Origin: an uncultured Pseudomonadota bacterium
Lineage (GTDB): Bacteria > Vulcanimicrobiota > Vulcanimicrobiia > Eremiobacterales > Eremiobacteraceae
Direction of reading: 5' to 3'
NCBI GenBank assembly: GCA_963736005.1
Contig: CAVTNB010000003.1
Location: 352,001-416,000 of the forward strand
Length of the DNA: 64,000 bases
Positions 1 through 9,936 of the stretch are shown here, piece by piece (position 1 is the first letter of the stretch; each line of letters starts with the position of its first letter). The translations under genes and the position numbers were made by a program. The notes beneath the pieces are model-generated. The model was not told the origin of the DNA and did not search any database. It worked only from the letters and a program-made list of their open reading frames with translations.

Positions 1-895
1 GGCGTTCGTCGAATTTTTCGCGCATCGCGCGGACTGGCGCCTGATCGCCGCGCAGGCCAGCCAGCGCTGCTTTCTGGGTGATTGAGGAAGGTCCGGACGT
101 CGAGTGGCTTTGCAGTTCGGACATCGCCTTAGCGAGGGGTCTGGGAGACGCCGTATATCCAAGCCGCCAGCCCGTCATGGCAAATGCCTTCGAAAAACCG
201 TTGACCGTCACCGTGCGGTCGCGCAAGTCAGGGCTAAGTGCCGCGATGCTGATTGCTTGGGCTCCGTCGTAGGTGAGCCGCTCGTAGATCTCGTCGCTGA
301 TGATGGTCAGGTTGTGCCGGGCGGCCGTGTCAGCAATCGCCTGGAGGTGCTCGCGCGCGTACACAACGCCCGTCGGATTGCTTGGGTTGCAAATGGCAAT
401 CGCCTTGGTCCTGCCGGTGATCGCGTTGTCGATCATCGATGGCTGCAGTTCGAAGGACGTGCTTGCATCGGTGTTGATGATAACCGGCGTTCCGCCAGAG
501 ATTTTTACCATCTCCGGGTAGCTCACCCAATATGGCGCTTGAATGATGACTTCGTCACCAGGGTCGAGCAACACCATGAAGATGTTGAAGAGCGACTGCT
601 TCGCGCCGTTGGAAACGACAATCTCATCGGCCGCGTACTCCAGGTTGTTCTCGCGCCGGAGCTTATCTACGATAGCCTCGCGCAACTCGACGATGCCAGC
701 AGCCGCAGTGTACTTTGTAAAGTTTTCATTGATCGCCGCGATGCCACCGCTCTTTGCCGTCTCTGGAGTGTTCAGATCGGGTTCGCCGACGCTGAGGTTG
801 ACGACATCGACTCCCTCGGCGGCGAGCTTCTTGGCACGTCCGTCAATAGCCATCGTGGGCGAAGGAGAGAGATTCTTCGCGCGTTGATTCAGCAT
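1..895 (-). CDS. aspC: PLP-dependent aminotransferase class I/II (aspartate aminotransferase-like); runs off the window start
   Basis: Minus-strand translation from ATG at 895 reads MLNQRAKNLSPSPTMAIDGRAKKLAAEGVDVVNLSVGEPDLNTP, the typical AspAT N-terminus; absent from the ORF track because it is truncated. Confidence 0.85.
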   Translation of the reverse strand, partial: MLNQRAKNLSPSPTMAIDGRAKKLAAEGVDVVNLSVGEPDLNTPETAKSGGIAAINENFTKYTAAAGIVELREAIVDKLRRENNLEYAADEIVVSNGAKQSLFNIFMVLLDPGDEVIIQAPYWVSYPEMVKISGGTPVIINTDASTSFELQPSMIDNAITGRTKAIAICNPSNPTGVVYAREHLQAIADTAARHNLTIISDEIYERLTYDGAQAISIAALSPDLRDRTVTVNGFSKAFAMTGWRLGYTASPRPLAKAMSELQSHSTSGPSSITQKAALAGLRGDQAPVRAMREKFDER

Positions 896-914
896 GCCGG
901 TATTTTATGCGTGC

Positions 915-939
915 GCAGCAACGGACCTTTAGGCCCGCT
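915..939. repeat. REP-like palindrome, family C (GTAGCAGCGGACCTTTAGGTCCGCT type)
   Basis: gcagcaacggacctttaggcccgct; similar copies at 13072, 19822, 32455 and 52844. Confidence 0.65.
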
Positions 940-1718
940 TAGATTGGTGGAAGCGCTTCTCCGAAGCGATAGACGGCGCTGCGTACCGTGTCGCCGTTGA
1001 GGCGGACGATGCGAACGCCCGGGGCACGATCGTCCTTGCCGAAGCGCGGCGAGTTGGGCTTGAATTGAAAAAACGTCGAGGGCGCGCTCAAGTACTGCGC
1101 CCCGTTCCGACGGGTCTCGAAGACTTGATGGATGTGCCCGAAGAGCACAGCGTGGACCTGCGACGATGTTTCGAGGATTGCGGTAAGAGCGTTAGCATCG
1201 GCAATCGTCATCGGGTCGAGCCACGCCGAGCCGACCGGTACGGGGTTGTGATGCACGACGATTATGGTTGGCGTGTTCGGCTGGGTCGCAAGCGTCGCCC
1301 GCAACCACGCGCGCTGAGCGTCACCGAGTTCGCCACCGTCCTCGCCTGGCACGGAGCTGTCAAGGAGCACGAAGCGCCAACCCAAGGCTTCAAAGACCTG
1401 CGTCAGTTTCTCGCGTGGCGGGAGCTCTTTCCCTAGAAATATGCGGGCCATCGACCCGACATCGTCGTGATTGCCGGGCACGTAATACACGGGTACGCTG
1501 AAGCGTTGCAGTTTTTCCCCGAGTCGCAGGTACGAATCGGTCGACCCATCGCTCGAGCAATCGCCTGTCACCAAAAAGAACGCGGGGGAACCGAGTTTGT
1601 CGAGCTCTTCGAGGGCGCGGTCGAGCATCGGATCAGGAGCCACATCCCACAGCTTGGTGGATGGGTCGCGGAAGAGATGCGTGTCAGAAAGCTGGACAAA
1701 AAACGGCTCGCGAACCAA
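939..1718 (-). CDS. Calcineurin-like metallophosphoesterase, CpdA/Icc-type cyclic nucleotide phosphodiesterase
   Basis: Motifs SDTH, TGD, PGNHD, VHH, FGHIH; AGGAGG upstream of TTG at 1718. Confidence 0.85.
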   Translation of the reverse strand: MVREPFFVQLSDTHLFRDPSTKLWDVAPDPMLDRALEELDKLGSPAFFLVTGDCSSDGSTDSYLRLGEKLQRFSVPVYYVPGNHDDVGSMARIFLGKELPPREKLTQVFEALGWRFVLLDSSVPGEDGGELGDAQRAWLRATLATQPNTPTIIVVHHNPVPVGSAWLDPMTIADANALTAILETSSQVHAVLFGHIHQVFETRRNGAQYLSAPSTFFQFKPNSPRFGKDDRAPGVRIVRLNGDTVRSAVYRFGEALPPI

Positions 1719-1735
1719 TGCTCTGTTGTTCCTCC

Positions 1736-2029
1736 TTACCGCCGGTTTCGGCGCATGCTCTCGTATGACTGGCGAGCTCGACAAAGCAACACGTGATGCC
1801 AGACACCTTCTGCCCTGACGAAATGGCCCCTGTGCTCGCAACGTGCGCTGAAAGTAATAACAGGCGCAATGCCACGAGCTGCGCGCGACGTGAAAATTGC
1901 GCGCACCACGTGCGAAGGTTCTCGCCTCGCTCTTGTTGATGCGGGTGTCGAGAGATCCGTGAAAAGCACGAAGAGTTTGATGGTCGAGTCAGCGTCGCCG
2001 TGGTCACGAGAGCATTCCCCACGTGCCAC
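1736..2029 (-). CDS. Possible hypothetical protein (start uncertain)
   Basis: ORF whose stop abuts the RBS of the phosphoesterase gene; no recognisable motif. Confidence 0.3.
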   Translation of the reverse strand: MARGECSRDHGDADSTIKLFVLFTDLSTPASTRARREPSHVVRAIFTSRAARGIAPVITFSARCEHRGHFVRAEGVWHHVLLCRARQSYESMRRNRR

Positions 2030-2274
2030 GAAAATCGAAGTGCTCCATGCCGAAGCTGGCGGCTCGAGCAGACGATGGGATAGGAGCAGGCAATTAGCCC
2101 GCGTGTATCCGCGTGAGTGCGGGCCTGGATATACCTCGTCGGGCTTTCGTCCTGGAAAAAGGGACAAATCGGCGCGGGGGAGCGTGCCATTGATGCTTCG
2201 AAAAGGTCCGAGCGGACCTACCACGCTCGCATGGCGCGCGCGTCCGGCTACGGCGGTTGTGATGGGAGGTGTTC

Positions 2275-2667
2275 GTGAGCAAACCAATCGAGCCCGAGCA
2301 CGTCATTCTGGAATTTTTTACGACGTGCTCGTTTCATTCTGATTCTGAACCGGCTGCGCAGCCAACCCCACTCTTTGTGTTAGGATTTCGAGAAGGCGGC
2401 GAGCCGGTTTTCGTTTGGTTAGTGAACAAGGATCGTTTTGACGGATCAACTTTAACCCACGATGCCTATTGGCTGCATGCACTCTCCAATTTGGAAGGCT
2501 ACTTTATGAAGAAGCTTTCGAAGTGCGTGGCGGAGGAAGGGTGCGTTCGCGGCGGCATCGAGCTGTTGGTTTCAACGTATCAGAAGCAGCTGCGTTTCTC
2601 ACCACTGACGCCCGTGGCAGATCATCCATTCGGGTTGCGCAAGTCCAAAGAGCTCGCAACTGTCTAA
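2275..2667 (+). CDS. Hypothetical protein (~130 aa)
   Basis: GGAGG RBS before GTG; protein-like composition; followed by a REP cluster. Confidence 0.6.
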   Translation: MSKPIEPEHVILEFFTTCSFHSDSEPAAQPTPLFVLGFREGGEPVFVWLVNKDRFDGSTLTHDAYWLHALSNLEGYFMKKLSKCVAEEGCVRGGIELLVSTYQKQLRFSPLTPVADHPFGLRKSKELATV

Positions 2668-2668
2668 T

Positions 2669-2783
2669 GTAGATACGCGAATTCATTCGTGCACGTACCG
2701 GGCGACTGACAAGTCGCCCTTTTCTTTATGATGTGGTCGCGCGAATTCATTCGCGCTCCTCGGGGGCGACTGACAAGTCGCCC
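2669..2783. repeat. Mosaic of alternating REP-like palindromes (B-D-B-D), BIME-like
   Basis: GCGAATTCATTCG core twice, alternating with GGGCGACTGACAAGTCGCCC twice. Confidence 0.8.
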
Positions 2784-2800
2784 TTGAAGTACCTAACAAT

Positions 2801-3922
2801 ATGGCTCGCACGCATACAACTGCCCCGGCGCGCGAACGCGTCATCCTGGCGGGAGTCGACACAGGCGACGATCGGGGACTCTTTGCTATTGAGATGGATG
2901 AACTTGACGCCTTGGCGCGGGCCGCCGGCGGCGAGGTCGTCGCCCGCCTCGAGCAGCGCCGGCCCGCCGTGGACCCTGCGACCATGCTCGGCCGCGGCAA
3001 GGTCGACGAACTTGTCGGTTTGGTCAACGAAACAGGCGCGAGCCTTGTGGTGACGCTCAATCCCCTGCGTCCGAGGCAGCGCGCCGCCATCGAGCGGGCT
3101 CTGGGCGGCGTGATGGTCATGGATCGCTCGGTGCTCATCCTGGATATTTTTGCGAGTCACGCTCGCACAAGCGAGGGTAAGCTGCAAGTTGAGCTTGCTC
3201 AGCTGCGCCATCGCGCTGCGAATCTCATCGGATCGCGTGAGGAGCTGTCGCGCCTGGGCGGTGGCATCGGCACACGTGGCCCCGGTGAAACCAAACTCGA
3301 AGTCGATCGACGGCGCATTCGCTTGCGCCTCTCCCATCTCGAGGGCGAGTTAGATAACGTTCGCAAGCGCAGAGCCGAGCAACGTCGCAGCCGACAAGGA
3401 ACGCCGGTTGTCGCACTGGTCGGATATACCAACGCCGGCAAGTCGTCGCTCCTCAACGCACTGTCTGGCACCAACGTGCTGGTGGCCGATCAGCCCTTTG
3501 CGACGCTCGACCCCACGCTTCGCAAGATTCGTTTGCCCGATGGAGCTTTTGCGATCCTTGCGGATACGGTCGGTTTTATCAGCGACTTACCCAAAGAATT
3601 GGTTGCGGCATTTCGCGCGACGCTGGAAGAGGTAACGAGCGCCGCATTGTTGCTGCATGTGATCGATGCGAGCAACCCATATTGGCAACGCCAGCGCGAT
3701 TCAGTCGACGTGGTGTTGCGCGAGATCGGCGCAGCGGGCAAGCCCACTATCTACGTGTGGAACAAGATCGACGCGGCCTCTTACGAGGGCCCGGGTACCG
3801 ATTTAGGCGATGCCGGAGTCTTAGTATCAGCAAAAACAGGGGCTGGGCTCGACGGGTTGCGCTCCGCGATTGTTGCGCGATTAAGCTCCTCAACGCCATC
3901 GACCTCATCGTCAGTCGACTGA
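2801..3922 (+). CDS. hflX: Ribosome-splitting GTPase HflX
   Basis: GGGIGTRGPGET, GYTNAGKS, FATLDPT, DTVGFI, NKID. Confidence 0.97.
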   Translation: MARTHTTAPARERVILAGVDTGDDRGLFAIEMDELDALARAAGGEVVARLEQRRPAVDPATMLGRGKVDELVGLVNETGASLVVTLNPLRPRQRAAIERALGGVMVMDRSVLILDIFASHARTSEGKLQVELAQLRHRAANLIGSREELSRLGGGIGTRGPGETKLEVDRRRIRLRLSHLEGELDNVRKRRAEQRRSRQGTPVVALVGYTNAGKSSLLNALSGTNVLVADQPFATLDPTLRKIRLPDGAFAILADTVGFISDLPKELVAAFRATLEEVTSAALLLHVIDASNPYWQRQRDSVDVVLREIGAAGKPTIYVWNKIDAASYEGPGTDLGDAGVLVSAKTGAGLDGLRSAIVARLSSSTPSTSSSVD

Positions 3923-5238
3923 TCTTCAGGCGGAAAGAGGCGGTCGCCCACGATCTCGGGCGCTTGAAGCGATCGCGGCACTCGCTCGATCTGAGGCAGG
4001 GCTCTTAGTTCGGAATCGCTGCCCACCGCTTTGAGATCGCGGAACTTTCGGGCGCTCACCAAGACTCGGCTTTCGAGGGTGCCGACTGCCTTGTTGTAAA
4101 AGTCAACCGAAGCTCGCAAACTGCTGCCTAGCTTTGTGAAGTGTTCGGATAGATCGCTGAGTCGCTTGTATAAGTCGCGACCCAAATTACCGATTTCCTT
4201 GGCTTCTTGGGCGATTGCTTCTTGTCTCCAGCCATAGTAGATGGCGCGCAGCAAGCCGATCAGCGTGGTGGGCGTCGCGAGAATGATATTTTGGTCGCTT
4301 CCCGCTTCGATGAGTGATGGATCGGCCTCGAGTGCGGCACTAAAGAACATCTCACCCGGCAGGAACATGATGACGAGTTCGGGCGCCTCGCCAAGTTGAG
4401 TCCAGTATGCCTTTTTGGCAAGGTTGTTGATGTGCGTGCGAACCTTCTGGGCATAGGCTTGAAGAAGGCTGCGTCGTGCCTCGTTGTCTTCCGCTTTGAG
4501 CGCCTCGAAATACGAGGCGATCGGAGCCTTCGCATCCACAAAGATGCTCTTGTTGCCTGGAAGTCGGACGCGCACGTCGGGCCGCAATCGGCCGTCTTCA
4601 CTTTCGACGGTTTCTTGCTCGTAGAAATCGCAGTGGGCTAGCATGCCCGCCATTTCGACGACCCGGCGAAGTTGAATTTCGCCCCATCGGCCTCGCACGG
4701 TGGGCGAGCTGAGCGCACGTACGAGGTTCGACGTTTCCGACCGCAAAGCGGTCTGCCCCTCAGCGAGCGCCTTTACTTGCTCGCTCAACGCCGTGTACGC
4801 GCCGACGCGGTTTTTTTCGAGTTCCCCGATCTTAGCGTCGACTTTTTCGAGCGCTTCTCGAACTGGTGTTATCGTCTGATCGATTGCTTGCTGACGTTTG
4901 TCAAGATCGCTGGTTGCTGCTTGCTGGTATTTTTCAAGCGTCTGTTTGGCCAGGTCCAGAAACGATTGGTTGTTGGTTTGCAACGCTTGCGCTGAGAGCG
5001 CCGCGAAGGCGTTCGAAAGCCTTTGCTGCGCTTCGTCGAGCAGGGCGAGCTTCTCACCGGAAGCTTTTTTCTCGGCAGCGAGCTGCGCTTCCAAACGGGC
5101 GCGCGCAGATATGGCTTCAGTCAACTCCGTTTGCAGCTTGTCGAGGTTGCGCGTGTCGCCGGCGCGGCTCAGCCAAATGGCGAGCGCACCGATCGCAATC
5201 CCCAGCACGAAGAGCGCAATGGGGAAAAATTCGTTCAT
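3781..5238 (-). CDS. rmuC: DNA recombination protein RmuC
   Basis: N-terminal TM helix, coiled coil, RGRWGE, RPD..VDAKAP, MFLPGE, TPTTL; ATGA overlap with upstream ogt. Confidence 0.93.
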   Translation of the reverse strand: MNEFFPIALFVLGIAIGALAIWLSRAGDTRNLDKLQTELTEAISARARLEAQLAAEKKASGEKLALLDEAQQRLSNAFAALSAQALQTNNQSFLDLAKQTLEKYQQAATSDLDKRQQAIDQTITPVREALEKVDAKIGELEKNRVGAYTALSEQVKALAEGQTALRSETSNLVRALSSPTVRGRWGEIQLRRVVEMAGMLAHCDFYEQETVESEDGRLRPDVRVRLPGNKSIFVDAKAPIASYFEALKAEDNEARRSLLQAYAQKVRTHINNLAKKAYWTQLGEAPELVIMFLPGEMFFSAALEADPSLIEAGSDQNIILATPTTLIGLLRAIYYGWRQEAIAQEAKEIGNLGRDLYKRLSDLSEHFTKLGSSLRASVDFYNKAVGTLESRVLVSARKFRDLKAVGSDSELRALPQIERVPRSLQAPEIVGDRLFPPEDQSTDDEVDGVEELNRATIAERNPSSPAPVFADTKTPASPKSVPGPS

Positions 5239-5807
5239 CGGTGGGTGGTTCGCGCTTGCTTCTCGGAACGCTTTTTGGCTCGGGGAGTTGGTGACGCGAG
5301 CCTCACACCCTCTTGCTCGAGCAATGCGCGCTTTCGCGCTTGACCGACTGCTCCGTTGCCGTACGATCCAATGCTGCCATCTGCATGGATGACGCGATGG
5401 CACGGAACGAGAAGCCACAGCGGATTTCGGGCCATGGTGGTTGCCGCAGCTCTGACGGCAAGCGGCCTCCTTGCCTCGCGGGCAAGCCAACTGTACGAGC
5501 GCGTCTGGCCGTAGGGAATGCGACGGGTTGCTTCAAGCACGTCACGTTCGAAGTCTCTAGCCCACGCGAGGTCGACGGGCACTTCTTCTGCCTTCCCTTT
5601 TGTCGCAAGAACGAGAAACTGTCGGAACACGGGCGGCGGCGATGCTTCCACGAGGTCCATTTTGACGCGGCGTTTGAGGTCGCGTTTCGTTGTGAGCGTT
5701 TCTCGCTCCACGGCGGCGATGCCCGAGTTCGTCCAGGCAATGCGAAGCCGATCTTTTCCAATTGTGACGACTGCCGTTTTGCAGGCGGGGCGGAATCGTT
5801 TTTTCAT
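5235..5807 (-). CDS. ogt: Methylated-DNA-protein-cysteine methyltransferase
   Basis: IPYGQTRSY, RAAAT, NP...VPCHRV active site. Confidence 0.92.
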   Translation of the reverse strand: MKKRFRPACKTAVVTIGKDRLRIAWTNSGIAAVERETLTTKRDLKRRVKMDLVEASPPPVFRQFLVLATKGKAEEVPVDLAWARDFERDVLEATRRIPYGQTRSYSWLAREARRPLAVRAAATTMARNPLWLLVPCHRVIHADGSIGSYGNGAVGQARKRALLEQEGVRLASPTPRAKKRSEKQARTTHR

Positions 5808-5814
5808 CTGCGTT

Positions 5815-5840
5815 GGGGCGATTTTCCAATCGCCCCCTAC
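5815..5840 (-). repeat. REP-like palindrome, family A (GTAGGGGGCGATTGGAAAATCGCCCC)
   Basis: Identical copies at 8364-8389 and 58203-58228; variants at ~19791 and ~32490. Confidence 0.85.
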
Positions 5841-5854
5841 ATTTCTCTAGGGCG

Positions 5855-7069
5855 TCAATGGCCGTAGCGATGCATGATCTGCATCAAGCGGTCGTGCGGC
5901 AGCGCGTACACGGTGTCGCCATCGCGCCCGGTCATCGTGTGAGAGGCAAGCAGCGCATTGACGATCGCTTCTTCGGTTGCTTCGATCGCCGCCCAAAACA
6001 CCGGGTTGGTAAACGCGCGGTCCATAACCGTCGTTTGGAACGTCATCGAATTCGTTGCATATGGGACGACATTCGCTGTTGAAAAGGCGATGATGATGTC
6101 ACCACTACCCTCGCGCGACGAGCCGCCGGCGCGTGCATAGCCCAAGGCAGCCCGCTTGGCCAGATCGATGAGCTGCGTGTGCAAGAGCGGCGCGTTCGTC
6201 GCGACGACCATGATGATCGAACCATCGCTTTGGTGAGGGATATATGGCTGGAGGTCCTTGATCTGCGCTCCCACGGGAACACCATCGATCGTCAAGTCCT
6301 CGCGCCGACCAAAGGTGTTGACGTTGACCAACACACCAACGGTGTATCCACCGTCAGTCGCCGCCAACGTGCGTGAGGCTGTGCCGATGCCACCATGGAA
6401 CGCGTACGCAACGGCGCCCGTCCCCGCACCCACGTCCCCTTGCTCGACCGGACCTCCTCGCGCCGAGTCAAGCGCAAGGCCCGCGTCGGCCGGCGTGTTG
6501 TGACGTCCCTGCTGGTCGTTGAGAAAGTCATCGTTGACTTCAGCGACAACCGGCAGCGGCACGTCCTCTTGTATCCCTATCTGCGGCGATTCTTTGATCA
6601 ACCAAGAAATGACGCCGTCATCGACTCGACCCACGGACAGCGTATCGGTGAGCGCGATCGGCGTCTCGAGCCAGCCCGACTCATTGACCCAGAGCGAGCC
6701 GGTCATTTCACCGTTGCCATTGAGCGGCCACACGGCGGCCCAAAGATGATGATGCCAGATATCTGCGCGCGGAACGATCGCGGTGATGCCCGTTCGGATC
6801 GGACCCACGCCAGGGACGAGCTTGCCAGATCCTTCGATATGCGTTACTTGCCCCACGAGGACGCCAGGTACGTCTGTAATGGCGTCATTCGCCCCATGCG
6901 GCAGCGTTCCAATATGAATGCCAAGCGCTGGTGCTTTTGCAAATGGTCCGCTCGTCGTCATTGGCGGTGAGGCCGCAGCAGCAGCCGGTCCGGTCGGCGC
7001 AAGCCGGCTACACCATACTAAAGCCACGACACCGAGACACAAAAAAACAACTAAAAGCTGCTTCATCAT
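5855..7069 (-). CDS. Secreted P1/DmpA family aminopeptidase (peptidase S58)
   Basis: Signal peptide; ITDVPGVLVG, NGNGEMTG, GAGTG, DGSII autocleavage site, GSGDIIIAFST. Confidence 0.9.
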   Translation of the reverse strand: MMKQLLVVFLCLGVVALVWCSRLAPTGPAAAAASPPMTTSGPFAKAPALGIHIGTLPHGANDAITDVPGVLVGQVTHIEGSGKLVPGVGPIRTGITAIVPRADIWHHHLWAAVWPLNGNGEMTGSLWVNESGWLETPIALTDTLSVGRVDDGVISWLIKESPQIGIQEDVPLPVVAEVNDDFLNDQQGRHNTPADAGLALDSARGGPVEQGDVGAGTGAVAYAFHGGIGTASRTLAATDGGYTVGVLVNVNTFGRREDLTIDGVPVGAQIKDLQPYIPHQSDGSIIMVVATNAPLLHTQLIDLAKRAALGYARAGGSSREGSGDIIIAFSTANVVPYATNSMTFQTTVMDRAFTNPVFWAAIEATEEAIVNALLASHTMTGRDGDTVYALPHDRLMQIMHRYGH

Positions 7070-7158
7070 GCCCCGCCAATTCCACGCCGCCGATTGCGCC
7101 GCCTACGTTTTCAGCGCAGGTGGGTCACACGTGTGGCGACAACGCCTTTCCCTGAAAT

Positions 7159-8322
7159 GTGCTCACGCATTCCTTGGTGCTCGTGCGTCGCAGGCGTTTC
7201 CTAAGAGCTCTCGCCTGCACTGCAGGGGGCGCTTTGATTGCGCCCGCGGGTCGGGTTTTTGGCCAAACGGTTGACTTCGGTGCGCCTTTGCGCGTTCGCC
7301 TCTTCGCTGCTCTCGCGCTTGAAATGCTGACGGTCAACGGGGTCACGATCGACGCGCACGCAGCAACTGTCACCAACGCCGGCGGCACCACGTCGCTCGG
7401 CACTGGAGTGCTTGAATTCACTGGTACGCCCTCTTTGGAAGTCGTGGCGACAGCCGCAGATGGTTCCGCCACGGCGCGCACGTATTCTGGAGTGGTCTTC
7501 GTCGCGCTAAGGCAATCCGAGCTTCTTGTCGTGAATCAGGTTGACGTTGAGACCTACGTTGCCTCCGTAATGTCGGCCGAAGTCAGCCCAGGATGGGCTT
7601 TAGAATCGCTGCGCGCTCAAGCTATGGCCGTTCGGACCTACGCCGCTCGCTCGCGCCTATCGAATGCATTACGCGAATACGACCTCAAGGATGACACCTC
7701 GAGCCAAGTCTACCGAGGGATCGGTGGAGTCGCTTCCAGTCTTGTCACCGCGGCGAGGGACACAGCCGGCAGAATTGTATGGTTCGGAGGGGAGCCGGCA
7801 TCGGTGTTTTATTCCTCATCGTGTGGTGGGCACACGGCTTCGTCTGAGGAGTTGACTGGCCAGCCAGCGCCTTCGTATCTATTGGGCATCTCTGATGTTG
7901 ATCGCTCCGGACATGCATATTGCGGGGGAGCACCATACTTTCGGTGGACGAATTCGGTGGGGGCCGATGCAATGGCGCGCGTCGTCGGCCTCCCATCCAA
8001 CGAGTTGACCGCAGTTCAAATAACAGAACGCTGGCCGGATGGGCGCGTCAAGTCTGTGTTGGCGTCCGGGTCGCTCGTGTCGGTCAGCATGAGCGGCCGT
8101 GACTTTTACCAACGCGCGCTTGGCATCCTCGGCTACAAGGTCATTCCAAGCGCAATGTTTGACGTCAACCGGATCGGTACGGATTTCCAACTCGAGGGGC
8201 ACGGGGTCGGCCATGGGGTGGGCATGTGTCAATGGGGCGCCCGCGGGCGAGCGCAAGCGGGGATAACGGCCGAGCAGATCCTGCAGGCGTACTTTCCGGG
8301 GACGACGATTCAGGCGATCTAA
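7159..8322 (+). CDS. SpoIID/LytB domain peptidoglycan lytic transglycosylase with Tat-like signal
   Basis: RRRFL N-terminus; SAEV...LRAQAMAVRTY, SQVY, GHGVGMCQWGA, ILQAYFPG. Confidence 0.92.
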   Translation: MLTHSLVLVRRRRFLRALACTAGGALIAPAGRVFGQTVDFGAPLRVRLFAALALEMLTVNGVTIDAHAATVTNAGGTTSLGTGVLEFTGTPSLEVVATAADGSATARTYSGVVFVALRQSELLVVNQVDVETYVASVMSAEVSPGWALESLRAQAMAVRTYAARSRLSNALREYDLKDDTSSQVYRGIGGVASSLVTAARDTAGRIVWFGGEPASVFYSSSCGGHTASSEELTGQPAPSYLLGISDVDRSGHAYCGGAPYFRWTNSVGADAMARVVGLPSNELTAVQITERWPDGRVKSVLASGSLVSVSMSGRDFYQRALGILGYKVIPSAMFDVNRIGTDFQLEGHGVGHGVGMCQWGARGRAQAGITAEQILQAYFPGTTIQAI

Positions 8323-8326
8323 TTTT

Positions 8327-8389
8327 ACGCGCGAATGAATTCGTGGGGCGATTTCACGCGCGAGGGGCGATTTTCCAATCGCCCCCTAC
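8327..8389. repeat. REP-like cluster (partial B plus family A) between convergent genes
   Basis: cgcgcgaatgaattcg followed by ggggcgattttccaatcgccccctac. Confidence 0.8.
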
Positions 8390-9936
8390 ATGCTTGCGAT
8401 GTCGTTGAGCATCTGATCTTCTGCAGCCCAAACTGCATCGAGACCGTGCTGCCAATCGTTGACTAAGAAAACAAAAATGACCGGACCATGGCGCGCCGTG
8501 AGCAGGTACCCTGCGATCGAGCTCGCGCCATCGATGTAGCCGTCTTTGGCGAAAACATGCCCCAGTGCTTGCGGCGCAAGTTGCCGAACGGCTACGGTCC
8601 CTTCGATACCCGCCCGCGGCAAGAGCGTAAATGGCGGCTCAGGCATCGACTGATTCAGCAAGAAGCGCAGCGTCACGGCAAGCGATCGCGCGGATACTTT
8701 ATTTGCCTCCGATAGGCCCGATCCGTCCACCAAGGTTACTTCATCTGTGGGGACGCCATTTTGGTCCACAAATGCGCGCTCGGCGTGCAACGAGTTATCG
8801 AGCGTGCCAAGGCCCGTTGCGTTCCAGCCAACTTCGCGCAGCAGCTGCTCAGCGTAGTGGTTATCGCTGAGCAGGAACATATGCTTGATGATGAGATCCA
8901 AAGGTCGCGATTGATGCTGCCAGAGCGTCGCGCCTTGTGTGGGAGCAGCGTCGGCGTTTGCCGATCCGCTTACGCTCACGCCCGCTAGACGCAACATCGC
9001 GACGAGCGACGTCGCCGCAGCTTGCGTGGGGTGGCCGACCGCGCGCCAGTATTTTTGTGGCGCACCGAATGGGATTTGGCCCCGCACAAGATAGCCCGAA
9101 CCATCGGGCAGCGCGTCGATGGTCAGCGTGTTGTCAGCATCGGCTGCGGCGGTATCGACCGACGCAATGACTCGCTCGCCCGGCGGATCCACGGCGACGT
9201 CGGCTTGCGTTCCCTCCTTTGGCGTAATCGTGAACTGCACCGAGCCACCGTCGAGCGACAGCGCAGTGGCAGGGGCAGCCCAGCCGTATTGCAGATCTTC
9301 TCGCAGCCAACTCGCGCTCACTCGATCTGCGCCGTATCGCGAACCGTCAACGTCTATGTTGCCGCTGATCTGATCGATTCCAGCCAGTTGGAGCGCGCGA
9401 ATGCCGCGGCGCAGATCATCGCTCGTCAATTCCGGATCGCCGCCGCCAATGAGCCACAGATTTCCGCGAAGCGTGGTGCCGTCAATCGTACCATCGCTGA
9501 CCATCCGGGTGACAAAGCGATGCTGGCTACCCAAAGCCGCAAGCGCGGCCGCCGCGGTGATCAATTTCACGGTTGAACCGGGGACGAAGGGCTGATGTGC
9601 GTTACGGCTGTAGAGCACGCGTCCATCGCGCCCATCGATGACGAGGAGTCCCGTGCTCTGCGGAAACGCCGGCAGATCCGCCAACGCGGCAACGTCGCCG
9701 TGAAGCTTCGTCACGTCGCCCGGCGTCCATGGCCCGCCCGCTTTGAGCCAACTTGTCTTCCTTGCCGCTCGCGCCGTGTGGATTGGAGTGGGCGGTGCAA
9801 CTACGTGGGCGCGATGATGGAGAAATGAATAGATCAGCAAGACGAGCAGTGCGACAACCAGCGCCAGCAGCGCTATGCGTCGAAACCTGCGCTTCCGTTG
9901 CCTGCGCCAGCGTTGCGGACTAAGTCTGCGATCCAT
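8386..9936 (-). CDS. dacB: D-alanyl-D-alanine carboxypeptidase/endopeptidase (PBP4, peptidase S13)
   Basis: STVK (SxxK), GGGDP, SDN (SxN), DGSGLS, KDG in place of KTG; N-terminal TM anchor. Confidence 0.9.
   Translation of the reverse strand: MDRRLSPQRWRRQRKRRFRRIALLALVVALLVLLIYSFLHHRAHVVAPPTPIHTARAARKTSWLKAGGPWTPGDVTKLHGDVAALADLPAFPQSTGLLVIDGRDGRVLYSRNAHQPFVPGSTVKLITAAAALAALGSQHRFVTRMVSDGTIDGTTLRGNLWLIGGGDPELTSDDLRRGIRALQLAGIDQISGNIDVDGSRYGADRVSASWLREDLQYGWAAPATALSLDGGSVQFTITPKEGTQADVAVDPPGERVIASVDTAAADADNTLTIDALPDGSGYLVRGQIPFGAPQKYWRAVGHPTQAAATSLVAMLRLAGVSVSGSANADAAPTQGATLWQHQSRPLDLIIKHMFLLSDNHYAEQLLREVGWNATGLGTLDNSLHAERAFVDQNGVPTDEVTLVDGSGLSEANKVSARSLAVTLRFLLNQSMPEPPFTLLPRAGIEGTVAVRQLAPQALGHVFAKDGYIDGASSIAGYLLTARHGPVIFVFLVNDWQHGLDAVWAAEDQMLNDIASM

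Noticed and set aside
104..1000. 298-aa plus-strand ORF and similar long antisense ORFs (e.g. 15510-16271, 42074-42961, 51001-52245)
   Set aside because: They are shadows of well-supported genes on the opposite strand, as expected in GC-rich DNA
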